A model generated the notes under the pieces. The model did not search any database. It was not told where the DNA came from and was given only the letters and a program-made list of their open reading frames with translations. This document shows, in pieces, positions 42,337 through 51,252 of a stretch of 64,000 bases of DNA (its first letter is position 1; every line of letters begins with the position of its first letter). The stretch comes from an uncultured delta proteobacterium. GTDB lineage: Bacteria > Desulfobacterota > Syntrophia > Syntrophales > Smithellaceae. The translations under genes were made by a program, and so were the position numbers. The DNA lies in the NCBI GenBank assembly GCA_963753975.1, contig CAVWEH010000002.1, forward strand, positions 672,001 to 736,000, given 5' to 3'.

Positions 42337-42433
42337 AGCCCCAACAATGTTTATATGTATCTTTAAAAACCTAGACGCCGTATATTTGCTGTATATCAAT
42401 ACGAACTATAAAATTGTCGGTCTTGTATGTCAA
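42337..42433. promoter_or_regulatory. attI-like site with overlapping opposed sigma70 promoters (Pc-like and Pint-like)
   Basis: Minus: TTGACA(42433-42428)-17-TATAGT(42410-42405). Plus: TTGCTG(42386-42391)-17-TAAAAT(42409-42414). GTT core at 42345. Confidence 0.6.
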
Positions 42434-42463
42434 ATAAATATTGATTACTAATTGAAAGGAAGT

Positions 42464-42491
42464 ATGTAAGCCAAAATTGCTGGATGCTTTG
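42464..42491 (+). pseudogene. Possible N-terminal stub of an integron integrase
   Basis: AAAGGAAG RBS, ATG, then in the +1 frame KPKLLDAL, as in IntI N-termini; divergent from the attI-like site; rest of gene absent. Confidence 0.4.
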
Positions 42492-42599
42492 TTTCAGGAA
42501 GAAGTAGAGCCTACGAAGCTGCATCTTTTGATTAGAGCGATAATGAATTTTCAAGGGCAGATTAACAAATCCAAGGGATAAGTGGCCGGAACAAGTACT

Positions 42600-42932
42600 C
42601 TATATTCCCAAATTAGAGAGCGTTGTGCAGAAGGTATTGATAATCCCCACTAGCCTCGGATGAGATATTTCGAAGCCCTGAACCGATGAGGCCAAACCTT
42701 CAATCGACAAATTGAGGAGCGTCGGATTCTTTTCGCTTCGTGTGGCTTCGCGGGCTGATAATTCGGCAAATCCTACGATGCTTTCCGCATGCTCATAATG
42801 AGTTTTGGAAAGGTCGGCAATTTCTGTCCTCAAGGTCATCAACAGGATCAATAACTCAGCTTTGTCACTCTCTTTGACCGCTGCGCTCTGCTTCAGCCTC
42901 TCTTCAATCTTGTCAAGATGATCCTGAATCAT
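42600..42932 (-). CDS. DUF4404-like small protein
   Basis: SVQGFEISHPRLVGIINTFCTTLSNLGI C-terminus. Confidence 0.75.
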   Translation of the reverse strand: MIQDHLDKIEERLKQSAAVKESDKAELLILLMTLRTEIADLSKTHYEHAESIVGFAELSAREATRSEKNPTLLNLSIEGLASSVQGFEISHPRLVGIINTFCTTLSNLGI

Positions 42933-43298
42933 TTCCGTCCACCATTATTCGCCTTCATTCCAAATGTTCCCCGAACCTCTCTGCCACATGGTTAAAAGCA
43001 TACGATGGGTGGTTTTGCATGTCAATGAAAAACTAACCGCAAAATATAAGGTGTGATGCCGGTGTTTATCTTCGGGTGTGAATTGTGTTTATTACCAATT
43101 GAAGTCCTGTATTTTAATCGAGGCTGACGATTTGCTACTTTCAGAAAGAACTGTTTGCTGAAAACATCTGCTTATCCACGCCCCCGATTCCATCAAAAGG
43201 TTATTCATTATTTATTGTATGCAATTATTTTGGCAATTATTTTGTCAAACATAATAAATAAATATAGCAGAAAGGGGAAAAACAAACCATAACCAGAC

Positions 43299-43336
43299 AA
43301 AAAAGGAAGGGACAGGTTTTTGCCTGTCCCTTCCTT
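43299..43336 (-). terminator. Intrinsic terminator
   Basis: AAGGAAGGGACAGG/CCTGTCCCTTCCTT stem with minus-strand U tract. Confidence 0.8.
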
Positions 43337-43361
43337 CGGGCAAATAAAGTTCTTAATAAAC

Positions 43362-43577
43362 TTATTTTGCAGCTGGAGCTGCGGCAGGGGCTTCGGCGGC
43401 CTTTTCGGCTTTCTTCGCCTTCTTTACTTTCTTTACTTTCTTTACTTTCTTCACTGCTTTTTTCTCCGCCATTTTTGCGGGGGCGGCTGTTCCAGCGGCC
43501 ATCGGTTTTTCAGCTGCCATAGCTGTGGTGCAAAATGCGAAAACCAATGCAACAACAAACAATACTAAACGTTTCAT
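43362..43577 (-). CDS. Small secreted Lys/Ala-rich protein
   Basis: AGGAGG RBS, signal peptide, KKVKKVKKVKKAKKA low-complexity repeat. Confidence 0.8.
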   Translation of the reverse strand: MKRLVLFVVALVFAFCTTAMAAEKPMAAGTAAPAKMAEKKAVKKVKKVKKVKKAKKAEKAAEAPAAAPAAK

Positions 43578-43660
43578 CTTAAATCCTCCTTCTTAAATTA
43601 TGTTTTATTTAATACCACCCTTAAAAATTAAGGGACCTCAAATTAATCCGGATAAATACC

Positions 43661-44053
43661 TCAATACCCCGATTTGTTCGCCGACGTGGATTTCTCCCCG
43701 ACCGGTTTAACTTCTTTTTTCTTCGAGTTGACTTTTGCCACTCTGGCAGCGACTAATTTACCGCCTTGATTAATATAGGCTATTTTTACAGTATCGTTTA
43801 CAGTAATATTTTCAGTTGGGTTCTCCAAGGCAAATTGCATTACTTCTGCATTGCCTCGTACTGTGCGTTCAATCTTAAGTGAGCAATCCGATATGTCAAT
43901 GACTTTTCCCCTTGCATTCATCTTTGCCGATTTAACGACATTTGTTTTTGCCGGATCAACTTTGGTTGCATCAGTTGCGGACTTGTCGGCAGCAAACGCC
44001 AGAGCTGACAAAAGAAAAGCAACGCTAACTATATACACTAAAGTTTTCTTCAT
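43661..44053 (-). CDS. Hypothetical secreted protein (possible OB-fold/DUF5666-like)
   Basis: Signal peptide ending ALAFA; ARGKVIDIS...VNDTVKIAY...VAARV. Confidence 0.7.
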   Translation of the reverse strand: MKKTLVYIVSVAFLLSALAFAADKSATDATKVDPAKTNVVKSAKMNARGKVIDISDCSLKIERTVRGNAEVMQFALENPTENITVNDTVKIAYINQGGKLVAARVAKVNSKKKEVKPVGEKSTSANKSGY

Positions 44054-44092
44054 AGCTCTCAAGCTCCGCAATATTCCTATTATTCTAATATA

Positions 44093-44107
44093 GCAACTAA
44101 TGTACCA
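44093..44107 (-). promoter_or_regulatory. Sigma54 (-24/-12) promoter
   Basis: TGGTAC-ATTAG-TTGC on the minus strand, 40 bp upstream of the ATG at 44053. Confidence 0.65.
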
Positions 44108-44299
44108 TTCAAATCATTTATCATAAATAAGTGTATATAATTGAAATACTTAGATTAATTATTTTCAAAAAGATAGTGGAAGCTACTTTTAAAGAAATTA
44201 GTGGGGAATAAGTCCCCAGATGTTGAGGATTTAATCAACAGTCAAAGAACTGAAAAGAGCGTTTTAATATCATTTTTAAAGCAAAGATGATATTTACGC

Positions 44300-44478
44300 G
44301 TCAAGGAGGAACGGCTGGATGGAGCGATCATTACTTCATTCAAGGTTCACAGTCTTGAAGAAATTATGAACGTTCTGAAGGTCTGTTTGCCTCGTATCAA
44401 GATCATCCAATCTGAAGAGCTTAAAATATCTTCCTAGAAAATATGAAGACATGCATCTCTTGGCAGAAAGAATCCTGA
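44300..44478 (+). pseudogene. C-terminal (WCX) remnant of a WYL-domain regulator
   Basis: VKEERLDGAIITSFKVHSLEEIMNVLKVCLPRIKIIQSEELK / FLENMKTCISWQKES across one frameshift; no start codon. Confidence 0.5.
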
Positions 44479-44737
44479 TCATAAGATTTCAAGGTGATCG
44501 TCATTGATTTCCAATCGAAAGGATGTATACTTGCCAAAATCACTCGATGATTGACTTCAGGAGGAAGTGCTTGCTGACTACACCTACGACTGTTCATCGT
44601 TGGCTGCAATGATAAATCTTAAATTACAAATTTTTATTTAGTAGAAAAAAACATCAAAAAAAATCAAAAGGGGTAACTATAGGGTAGCAGAGAGAAAAAT
44701 AAAGGGCTAGGCGATTTGTCTAACCCCTTGATATATT

Positions 44738-44813
44738 TGGTGAGCCCTGTCGGGATCGAACCGACAACCTACTGATTAAGAGTCAGTTGCTCTACCAGCT
44801 GAGCTAAGGGCCC
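44738..44813 (-). tRNA. tRNA-Lys(CTT)
   Basis: GGGCCCTTAGCTCAG...CTGACTCTTAATCAG...GTTCGATCC...CACCA. Confidence 0.96.
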
Positions 44814-44815
44814 TA

Positions 44816-44940
44816 AGGACTGTTGAAAAAAGTCCATGCTGCCTGCGTTACCCTCAATATTCGTCGTTGCGACGTACATTTAGTACGACTCACTCCTCAT
44901 ATTTTCGGGTGCCTTGCATCTGGCTTTTTTGAACAGTCCT
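44816..44940. mobile_element. MITE-like element (125 bp) with 17-bp terminal inverted repeats and TA flanks
   Basis: AGGACTGTTGAAAAAAG...CTTTTTTGAACAGTCCT (one mismatch); TA at 44814-44815 and 44941-44942; no transposase ORF. Confidence 0.75.
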
Positions 44941-44979
44941 TATTAAATTGGATTAAAAAACAACCCAATATATTCTTTC

Positions 44980-45056
44980 TGGTACGCCCGGTAGGATTCG
45001 AACCTACGACCAACAGATTCGAAGTCTGCGACTCTATCCAGCTGAGCTACGGGCGC
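44980..45056 (-). tRNA. tRNA-Arg(TCG)
   Basis: GCGCCCGTAGCTCAGCTGGATAGAG...GCAGACTTCGAATCTGT...ACCA. Confidence 0.95.
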
Positions 45057-45076
45057 TTATTTTCCAATCCAAAATA

Positions 45077-45154
45077 TGGGGTGAGTGAAGGGACTTGAAC
45101 CCTCGGCCTCCGGGGCCACAACCCGGCACTCTAACCAATTGAGCTACACCCACC
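45077..45154 (-). tRNA. tRNA-His(GTG)
   Basis: GGTGGGTGTAGCTCAATTGG...CCGGGTTGTGGCCCCGG...CCCCA, including G-1. Confidence 0.95.
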
Positions 45155-45164
45155 ATTTTCGCCT

Positions 45165-45241
<77 letters not shown>

Positions 45242-45376
45242 AAATATTAAATCCTGTGCACTAAAAAAGAGTTAGCCTAATATCCTCTCTGCTATTTTTT
45301 GTCAAGATCAAATGCTGAAGGAATCATGAATTATCTGACATAACCGGCAATACCATCAAACCTGTATCCGTTTCTT

Positions 45377-47073
45377 CTAACATTTCCTCCTTTCGGATCC
45401 GTTGTATAAAAATAACTGCCCGCTTGCCGAATTAAACCAACGATAAAGTTCTCTGGTATTGGTCATTCGGGATGTGGCAATGTTGCCTAATGATCCTTCA
45501 AACACATACCCCTGCAGATTTTTCCCGCCTCCGGCTAAGATCATAATGATAAAAATGATCATTTTTTTGTGGATTATACCAGCGATAAAAACTCGTTGTC
45601 CCCGGCGTTTCCGGGGCAAATAGCCGGAAAGCAATTCCGTCTTTAGTATAACCATTTCTGATTGATCGTTTCCGTTTCTGCCTGAGGATTGGCTGTAAAT
45701 AGATAATCCAATCCTTTAGAATACCGAAAAATATCAATAGCCTGTGGTACACTATCGGGTATCACTTCTACAAATACTTCGACCATTCCGTCCCCACCAT
45801 TGGAATTAAATATGATATTATCCCCATAATACCCCGGCATCATCTGCCCGGCATTTAAAGTAACAGTAAGATAATTAGTTTGACTGGTTATCGTTCCGGA
45901 ATTAGGCACTATTGTTATTCTGCCGGCAGGTATACGAATCACACTTTTTCCCAATATCTTTACGCCCTCGAATACTAAACGGTTGTCATTACTGGCAATT
46001 GTAAGAACATGAGGACCGTCAACCAGCCCTTCTGCAACCGGCAATTCCCCTTTTTTCTCTTTTAGATCGTTAACCCATCTATGATTACTAATTAATTGTT
46101 CATCAAGATATATAATTAAATTACTATTGTCCGGATAAGTTACCAGATAAAGGATTATTCCCGTTCCGTTAAAACGGAGCTTAATGGAGCTTTCGCCTTC
46201 CGTACTCGAGGGGTATCCGTCATTTACAGTCCATCTGCCCATCAAGTCCATTACTTCTTTTAGATGCCCGGGCACAGTATAAATCCCCCCGTCCGGAATT
46301 TCATCATTGACAAAAGATATATACCGGCCTTTTTTGAAGTTTGCCGGGTTTTCACCACGTTTAGGTTTTTGTAGCGTTACCGACCAAGTTAACATTTCCT
46401 TACCCTTATTGGTCACCTTTATCTTTTTGGAAACGGTTTTCCCCGGCGAAATACTGCCCATATCCATTCTCAAGGGATTTAAATTAATCAAAGCAGATTC
46501 CTGGGTAGAAACTATGGAAAAAGTGACAAAGATCGTTCTTAGCCCGCCTGTAGAATTAATTTTAATTGCTTCTTTATACGTTCCAGCAGACAAATTCTTA
46601 CTGCAGATAAGTCTCCCATTTTCGGCTTCTAGTTTCATTTCTACGTTGTAAAGTGCAATATCTGACCTATTATTATCGTTCAACAAAGATTCACCCGGCA
46701 GTATCCGGATTTCAATGTGTAAATAATCTACTTTTTTTTCCACTACGCCTGTTAACGGTGCACCTTCCGACGCGATCCAGCCTTCCGGCCCGTTTGTTGA
46801 CCAGTTTAAAATGCCGGCTCCCATATTCTTTAATGTAAATGATCCGGCACCGGCTTCATCCGGAATTATTTTTCCCAGATTAAATTCCCGCGGTGTTATT
46901 GACAAAACCGGGCGCAAAAAATCTTCAGTATTATTTCCAGGATTTTTGCCGTTGAGCTCATTTTGTTTAATAACAGATTGATTTCCGCCGGCATTATCTT
47001 GGGCAGTTACGGTAAGGGGGAAAATTGTCAGCGCAATAACAATGAAAATAAAATATTTTTTTATCGAAATCAT
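45377..47073 (-). CDS. Secreted multi-domain protein with Ig/BACON-like segments and a C-terminal YRWYN...DHFY repeat (frameshift near 45655)
   Basis: Signal peptide; FTLKNMGAGILNWS and IKVTNKGKEMLTWS repeats; IFRYS..DYLFT, FYRWYNP..NDHFY, LYRWFN..LFLY. Confidence 0.7.
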
Positions 47074-47354
47074 AAATACCCCTCAAAAATGGCTGATTGA
47101 CTACTAACTCAAAGATGAAATTTAAGCAACTATTTTGAAGCTCAAAGTAGCCAGATCGGGACTGTCATTAATGTTTAGGGTGAAGTCCGGTTGCAATTAG
47201 TTTATTTATCTTTCTATTATCATTATATTAAAATAGGTATCTTGTTCAAAATGCTTGACACGACTTACAAACAAGATGTAACTTGCCAGCAATTTTTCAT
47301 GATAATATTTCGAAAGCGTAGAGTTTTGCTAATTATGTTTCCGATAAAGCAATT

Positions 47355-48473
47355 ATGAATTACGATACCTTAAAATATTGGCTTGCTTTAAAATCCATTG
47401 CCGGAATCGGCAACATTGCCTTTACGGCCTTGGTGGATAAGTTTGGTTCGCCACCTTCTATTTTCAAAACTCCCGCTTCCAAGTTAACACAAATCAATGG
47501 AATTACAAAAAAAATGGCTGCTGATATCAATAACTTCGGAACTTGGGACAAAATCAACGACGACCTTGAGTTCCTGAATAAAAACAAAATTAATATAATC
47601 ACTTATCAAGACGACTATTACCCGGCAAAACTCATAAATATTTATGACCGTCCTCCTTTTCTTTATGTTCGGGGAGCTCTCACGAAAGATGATATAAATA
47701 TTGCCATAGTCGGATCCAGAATGGCCAGCACCTACGGCAAATATACGACGGAAAAGATTAGCCGTGAGCTTGCCCGCAAAGGCCTAACTATAGTCAGCGG
47801 TTTAGCCCGGGGAATTGATTCCGCGGCTCACCGTGGAGCACTTGCTGTCCAGGGCAGAACAATAGCCGTTTTGGGCAGTGGACTGGATGTTGTTTATCCG
47901 CCGGAAAACAAAAAATTATTTGCTGATATCATTCAAACCGGTGCTGTCATTTCCGAATTCCCTCTGGGCACACCGCCGCGGTCAGCTAATTTCCCGGCTC
48001 GTAATCGTATCATCAGTGGAATATCCTACGGTGTCCTGGTGGTAGAGGCAGGAGAAAAAAGCGGCTCTCTCATTACAGCGAGGTTTGCTTTAGAACAAGG
48101 AAGGGAAGTCTTTGCCGTACCCGGCAGCATTGATGCCGCAAGTTCGCGGGGAACCAACAAATTGATCAAACAAGGAGCCAAATTAATTGAAAATGCCGAT
48201 GATATTATAGAGGAAATATGGCCCCAACTGGAGAAAAAACCATTCCCTACAACTTCAGCCCCCACTCAACAAACAAAAAAAGTTGAGAAAAATGAAAATT
48301 TAAACCTTATTGAGCTACAGATTATTGATCTTATCTCCGGTAAACATATTCATGTTGATGAGCTTATTTCTACTTCCGGGTTATCGCCTGCTGACATTTT
48401 AAGTACCCTGATGACCTTGGAATTAAAAGGAATTGTTAAACAGTATCCGGGAAAATTTTTTTCCTTGGCTTAA
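47355..48473 (+). CDS. dprA: DNA-processing protein DprA
   Basis: AIVGSR, IVSGLARGID, FPARNRIISG, EAGEKSGSLITA. Confidence 0.96.
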   Translation: MNYDTLKYWLALKSIAGIGNIAFTALVDKFGSPPSIFKTPASKLTQINGITKKMAADINNFGTWDKINDDLEFLNKNKINIITYQDDYYPAKLINIYDRPPFLYVRGALTKDDINIAIVGSRMASTYGKYTTEKISRELARKGLTIVSGLARGIDSAAHRGALAVQGRTIAVLGSGLDVVYPPENKKLFADIIQTGAVISEFPLGTPPRSANFPARNRIISGISYGVLVVEAGEKSGSLITARFALEQGREVFAVPGSIDAASSRGTNKLIKQGAKLIENADDIIEEIWPQLEKKPFPTTSAPTQQTKKVEKNENLNLIELQIIDLISGKHIHVDELISTSGLSPADILSTLMTLELKGIVKQYPGKFFSLA

Positions 48474-48477
48474 TCGC

Positions 48478-48778
48478 GGAACTGAACTGCAAATCTCGTT
48501 TTGGATTCAGTTCCTCCGCTTTGCGGGATGACCCCCAATTCGACCGTCAAGCTTCGGCGGCAGTGACCTTCAGGTTATTAGGTTATAAGCTTCTCCCGGT
48601 ATTCGTAACCTAAAGGTCATCATGATCGGGGCTTCGCTTTCGGAATTGGAGTTTCACAAATAAAAAGCTTTACAAATTCAAGTCTGTCATTTATAGGGTG
48701 CGGCGAAATCGCGGGAACCGCAAAGTAAGCTTCGGAAACCAATTCCGATACGCTTACCTTTCGGAATTGGAGTTTCAC
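48478..48778. repeat. Cluster of hairpins with two copies of CCAATTC...TCGGAATTGGAGTTTCAC
   Basis: CTTTCGGAATTGGAGTTTCAC ends at 48657 and 48778; CCGCTTTGCGGGAT at 48516. Confidence 0.75.
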
Positions 48779-48794
48779 GAATAAAGGAGAGGTT

Positions 48795-51131
48795 ATGGCA
48801 AATTCTCTGGTAGTGGTGGAATCACCCACAAAAGTTAAAACGATTAAAAAATTTCTGGGCTCTGATTTTAATGTCGTTGCTTCGATGGGACATATTAAGG
48901 ATCTGCCGAAAAGCGTTTTGGGCATTGATCTGGATAAGAATTTCGAGCCGACATATAATATAATTGAAACCAAGAAAAAGACAATTGATGAGTTAAAAAA
49001 AGCCGCCAAAACTGCAGAGAATATTTACCTTGCCCCCGATCCCGACCGTGAAGGTGAAGCAATCGCCTGGCATATTGCGGAAGTAGTTAATGCTAAAGAT
49101 AAGAACATTTACCGCGTACTGTTTAACGATCTCACCAAAAAAACGGTTTTAGAAGCAATCAAAAATCCCTCGGAGTTGGATTTCAATAAATACGAGGCAC
49201 AGCAAACCCGCCGTATTCTCGATCGTCTGGTTGGTTATCAGATAAGCCCCATTCTCTGGGATAAAGTAAAAAGAGGATTGAGCGCTGGACGTGTCCAATC
49301 AGTCGCGGTGAGGATGATTTGCGAAAGAGAAGACGAAATAAATAAATTCGTTCCTGAAGAATATTGGAATCTTCTGGCGCAATTTGAGGGAGAGAACCCT
49401 CCGCCTTTTGAAGCGAAATTAATCAAGGTCGACGGGAAAAAAGCAAAAGTTGTCAGTGGCGAACAAGCTAATCGACTGGCCGATACATTAAAAAAATCGT
49501 CTTTTATTGTCGAGAAGCTGGAGAAAAAGGAGATAAAACGTTCATCGCCGCCGCCTTTCACTACCAGCAAGTTACAGCAGGAAGCATCACGCTGGTTTAG
49601 GTTTTCAGCAAAAAAGACAATGATGGTTGCCCAAAAATTATATGAAGGTATCGAATTGGGTAGCGAAGGCTCTGTGGGCCTGATCACATATATGAGAACC
49701 GACTCGTTCCGCATTGCCGAAGAAGCGCTTAAAGAGGTGCGCGATTATATCCAGGAAAATTATTCGCCTGATTACCTGCCGGATAAACCCCACTTTTTTA
49801 AAAATTCGCAAAAAGCCCAAGATGCCCATGAAGCAATCCGACCATCCAGCATGTCTCACAAACCGCAAGCCATTAAAGATTATTTATCCAATGATGAGTT
49901 CAGGCTTTATCAACTTATTTGGAACCGCTTTACTGCCAGTCAAATGAATCCGGCTATTTTCGATCAAACAACTATTGATATTGCCGGTGCTAATTGTCTC
50001 TTTCGAGCGCAGGGACAGGTATTGAAGTTTCCGGGTTTTACGATTGTCTATACCGAAGGCAAAGATGAAAAGGAAGAAGACAGCGAGCTAGGAAAAATGC
50101 TGCCGGAAGTTAAAGAAGCCGAACAAATGAAGCTGCTTAAATTAAATACGGAACAAAAGTTCACCCAGCCGCCGCCACGTTTTTCGGAAGCATCATTGGT
50201 GCGTGAACTGGAAGAGAAGGGAATAGGACGGCCAAGCACTTACGCCAATATTCTCTCCACCATTAAGGATCGGGAGTATGTGCATCTGGAAAAAGGCAAA
50301 TTCTTTCCAACAGAAATGGGCAAGGTTGTCACCGAGCTTTTAGTCCAAAGCTTTCCGACGGTTCTGGACATCGCTTTTACCGCCGACATGGAAAACAAAC
50401 TGGATATGGTTGAAGATGGTTCCAGTCAGCGAGTGAAAATCCTTAAAGACTTTTACAACCCTTTTGCTGAAGAATTGAAAAAAGCAAAAGATGAGATGCG
50501 CAACGTCAAGACGGAAGAGACTCCGACCGACTTGGTTTGCGAAAAATGCAATTCGCCCATGGTGATCAAATGGGGGAAAAACGGAAGATTTCTTTGTTGT
50601 TCCAATTATCCCGAATGTAATAACACGATGAATTTCACACACGATGAAAATGGCAAGGTAAAACACGTGGAAAAACAAAAAACAGATATTAAATGCAGCA
50701 AATGCGGTAAAGACATGCTGGTCAAAGAGGGCCGTTTCGGACAGTTTCTGGCCTGTTCGGGCTATCCGGAATGTAAGAATACCATGACCGCGACAAAAAA
50801 CGAGAATGGCGAAATCGTCGCGCAGGAAGCGCCGACAACTGACGAAGTTTGCGAATTGTGCAGCAAGCCGATGACCGTCAAGCGCGGTCGCTATGGTCAA
50901 TTTCTGGGTTGTACCGGTTATCCCGAATGCAAAAATATCAAAAAGATGGGTAAGGACGGCAAGGTGGCAACGCAGGAATCTGAAGTAACAGAAGAAGTCT
51001 GCGAAAATTGCGGCAAGCCGATGGCGATCAAGCGCGGCCGCTATGGCCAGTTCTTGGGATGCACTGGTTATCCCGAATGTAAAACCATCAAAAAAATACC
51101 TAAAAATAAATCGAGCGAACCACAGGTATGA
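48795..51131 (+). CDS. topA: DNA topoisomerase I with four C-terminal zinc ribbons
   Basis: VESPTK, DPDREGEAI, SAGRVQS, ITYMRTDS, GIGRPSTY. Confidence 0.98.
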   Translation: MANSLVVVESPTKVKTIKKFLGSDFNVVASMGHIKDLPKSVLGIDLDKNFEPTYNIIETKKKTIDELKKAAKTAENIYLAPDPDREGEAIAWHIAEVVNAKDKNIYRVLFNDLTKKTVLEAIKNPSELDFNKYEAQQTRRILDRLVGYQISPILWDKVKRGLSAGRVQSVAVRMICEREDEINKFVPEEYWNLLAQFEGENPPPFEAKLIKVDGKKAKVVSGEQANRLADTLKKSSFIVEKLEKKEIKRSSPPPFTTSKLQQEASRWFRFSAKKTMMVAQKLYEGIELGSEGSVGLITYMRTDSFRIAEEALKEVRDYIQENYSPDYLPDKPHFFKNSQKAQDAHEAIRPSSMSHKPQAIKDYLSNDEFRLYQLIWNRFTASQMNPAIFDQTTIDIAGANCLFRAQGQVLKFPGFTIVYTEGKDEKEEDSELGKMLPEVKEAEQMKLLKLNTEQKFTQPPPRFSEASLVRELEEKGIGRPSTYANILSTIKDREYVHLEKGKFFPTEMGKVVTELLVQSFPTVLDIAFTADMENKLDMVEDGSSQRVKILKDFYNPFAEELKKAKDEMRNVKTEETPTDLVCEKCNSPMVIKWGKNGRFLCCSNYPECNNTMNFTHDENGKVKHVEKQKTDIKCSKCGKDMLVKEGRFGQFLACSGYPECKNTMTATKNENGEIVAQEAPTTDEVCELCSKPMTVKRGRYGQFLGCTGYPECKNIKKMGKDGKVATQESEVTEEVCENCGKPMAIKRGRYGQFLGCTGYPECKTIKKIPKNKSSEPQV

Positions 51132-51185
51132 TCTCCAAAGCAAGTTTTGGAGAAATTTCACAGCAATCTGCTGTTATCATACCTT

Positions 51186-51250
51186 CCGCTTTGCGGGATA
51201 GTTCAACTTAACAATTCCAATACGCTTCGCTTTTGTAATTGGAGTTTCAC
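51186..51250. repeat. Third copy of the topA-flanking hairpin repeat
   Basis: CCGCTTTGCGGGAT...CAATTCCAATACGCTTCGCTTTTGTAATTGGAGTTTCAC. Confidence 0.7.
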
Positions 51251-51252
51251 AT

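Noticed and set aside
42389..42404. LexA box in the Pint-like promoter (CTGTATATCAATACGA)
   Set aside because: The right half deviates from ACAG and the host LexA motif is unknown; too weak to call.
44823..45098. 91-aa plus-strand ORF
   Set aside because: Spans the MITE and the antisense of tRNA genes.
48529..48778. CRISPR array from the repeated TCGGAATTGGAGTTTCAC
   Set aside because: Only two local copies plus one 2.4 kb away; irregular, self-complementary spacing; no cas genes in the window.
50340..51161. 273-aa minus-strand ORF
   Set aside because: Antisense shadow of topA with no recognisable motifs; the other short antisense ORFs in the track were dismissed for the same reason.
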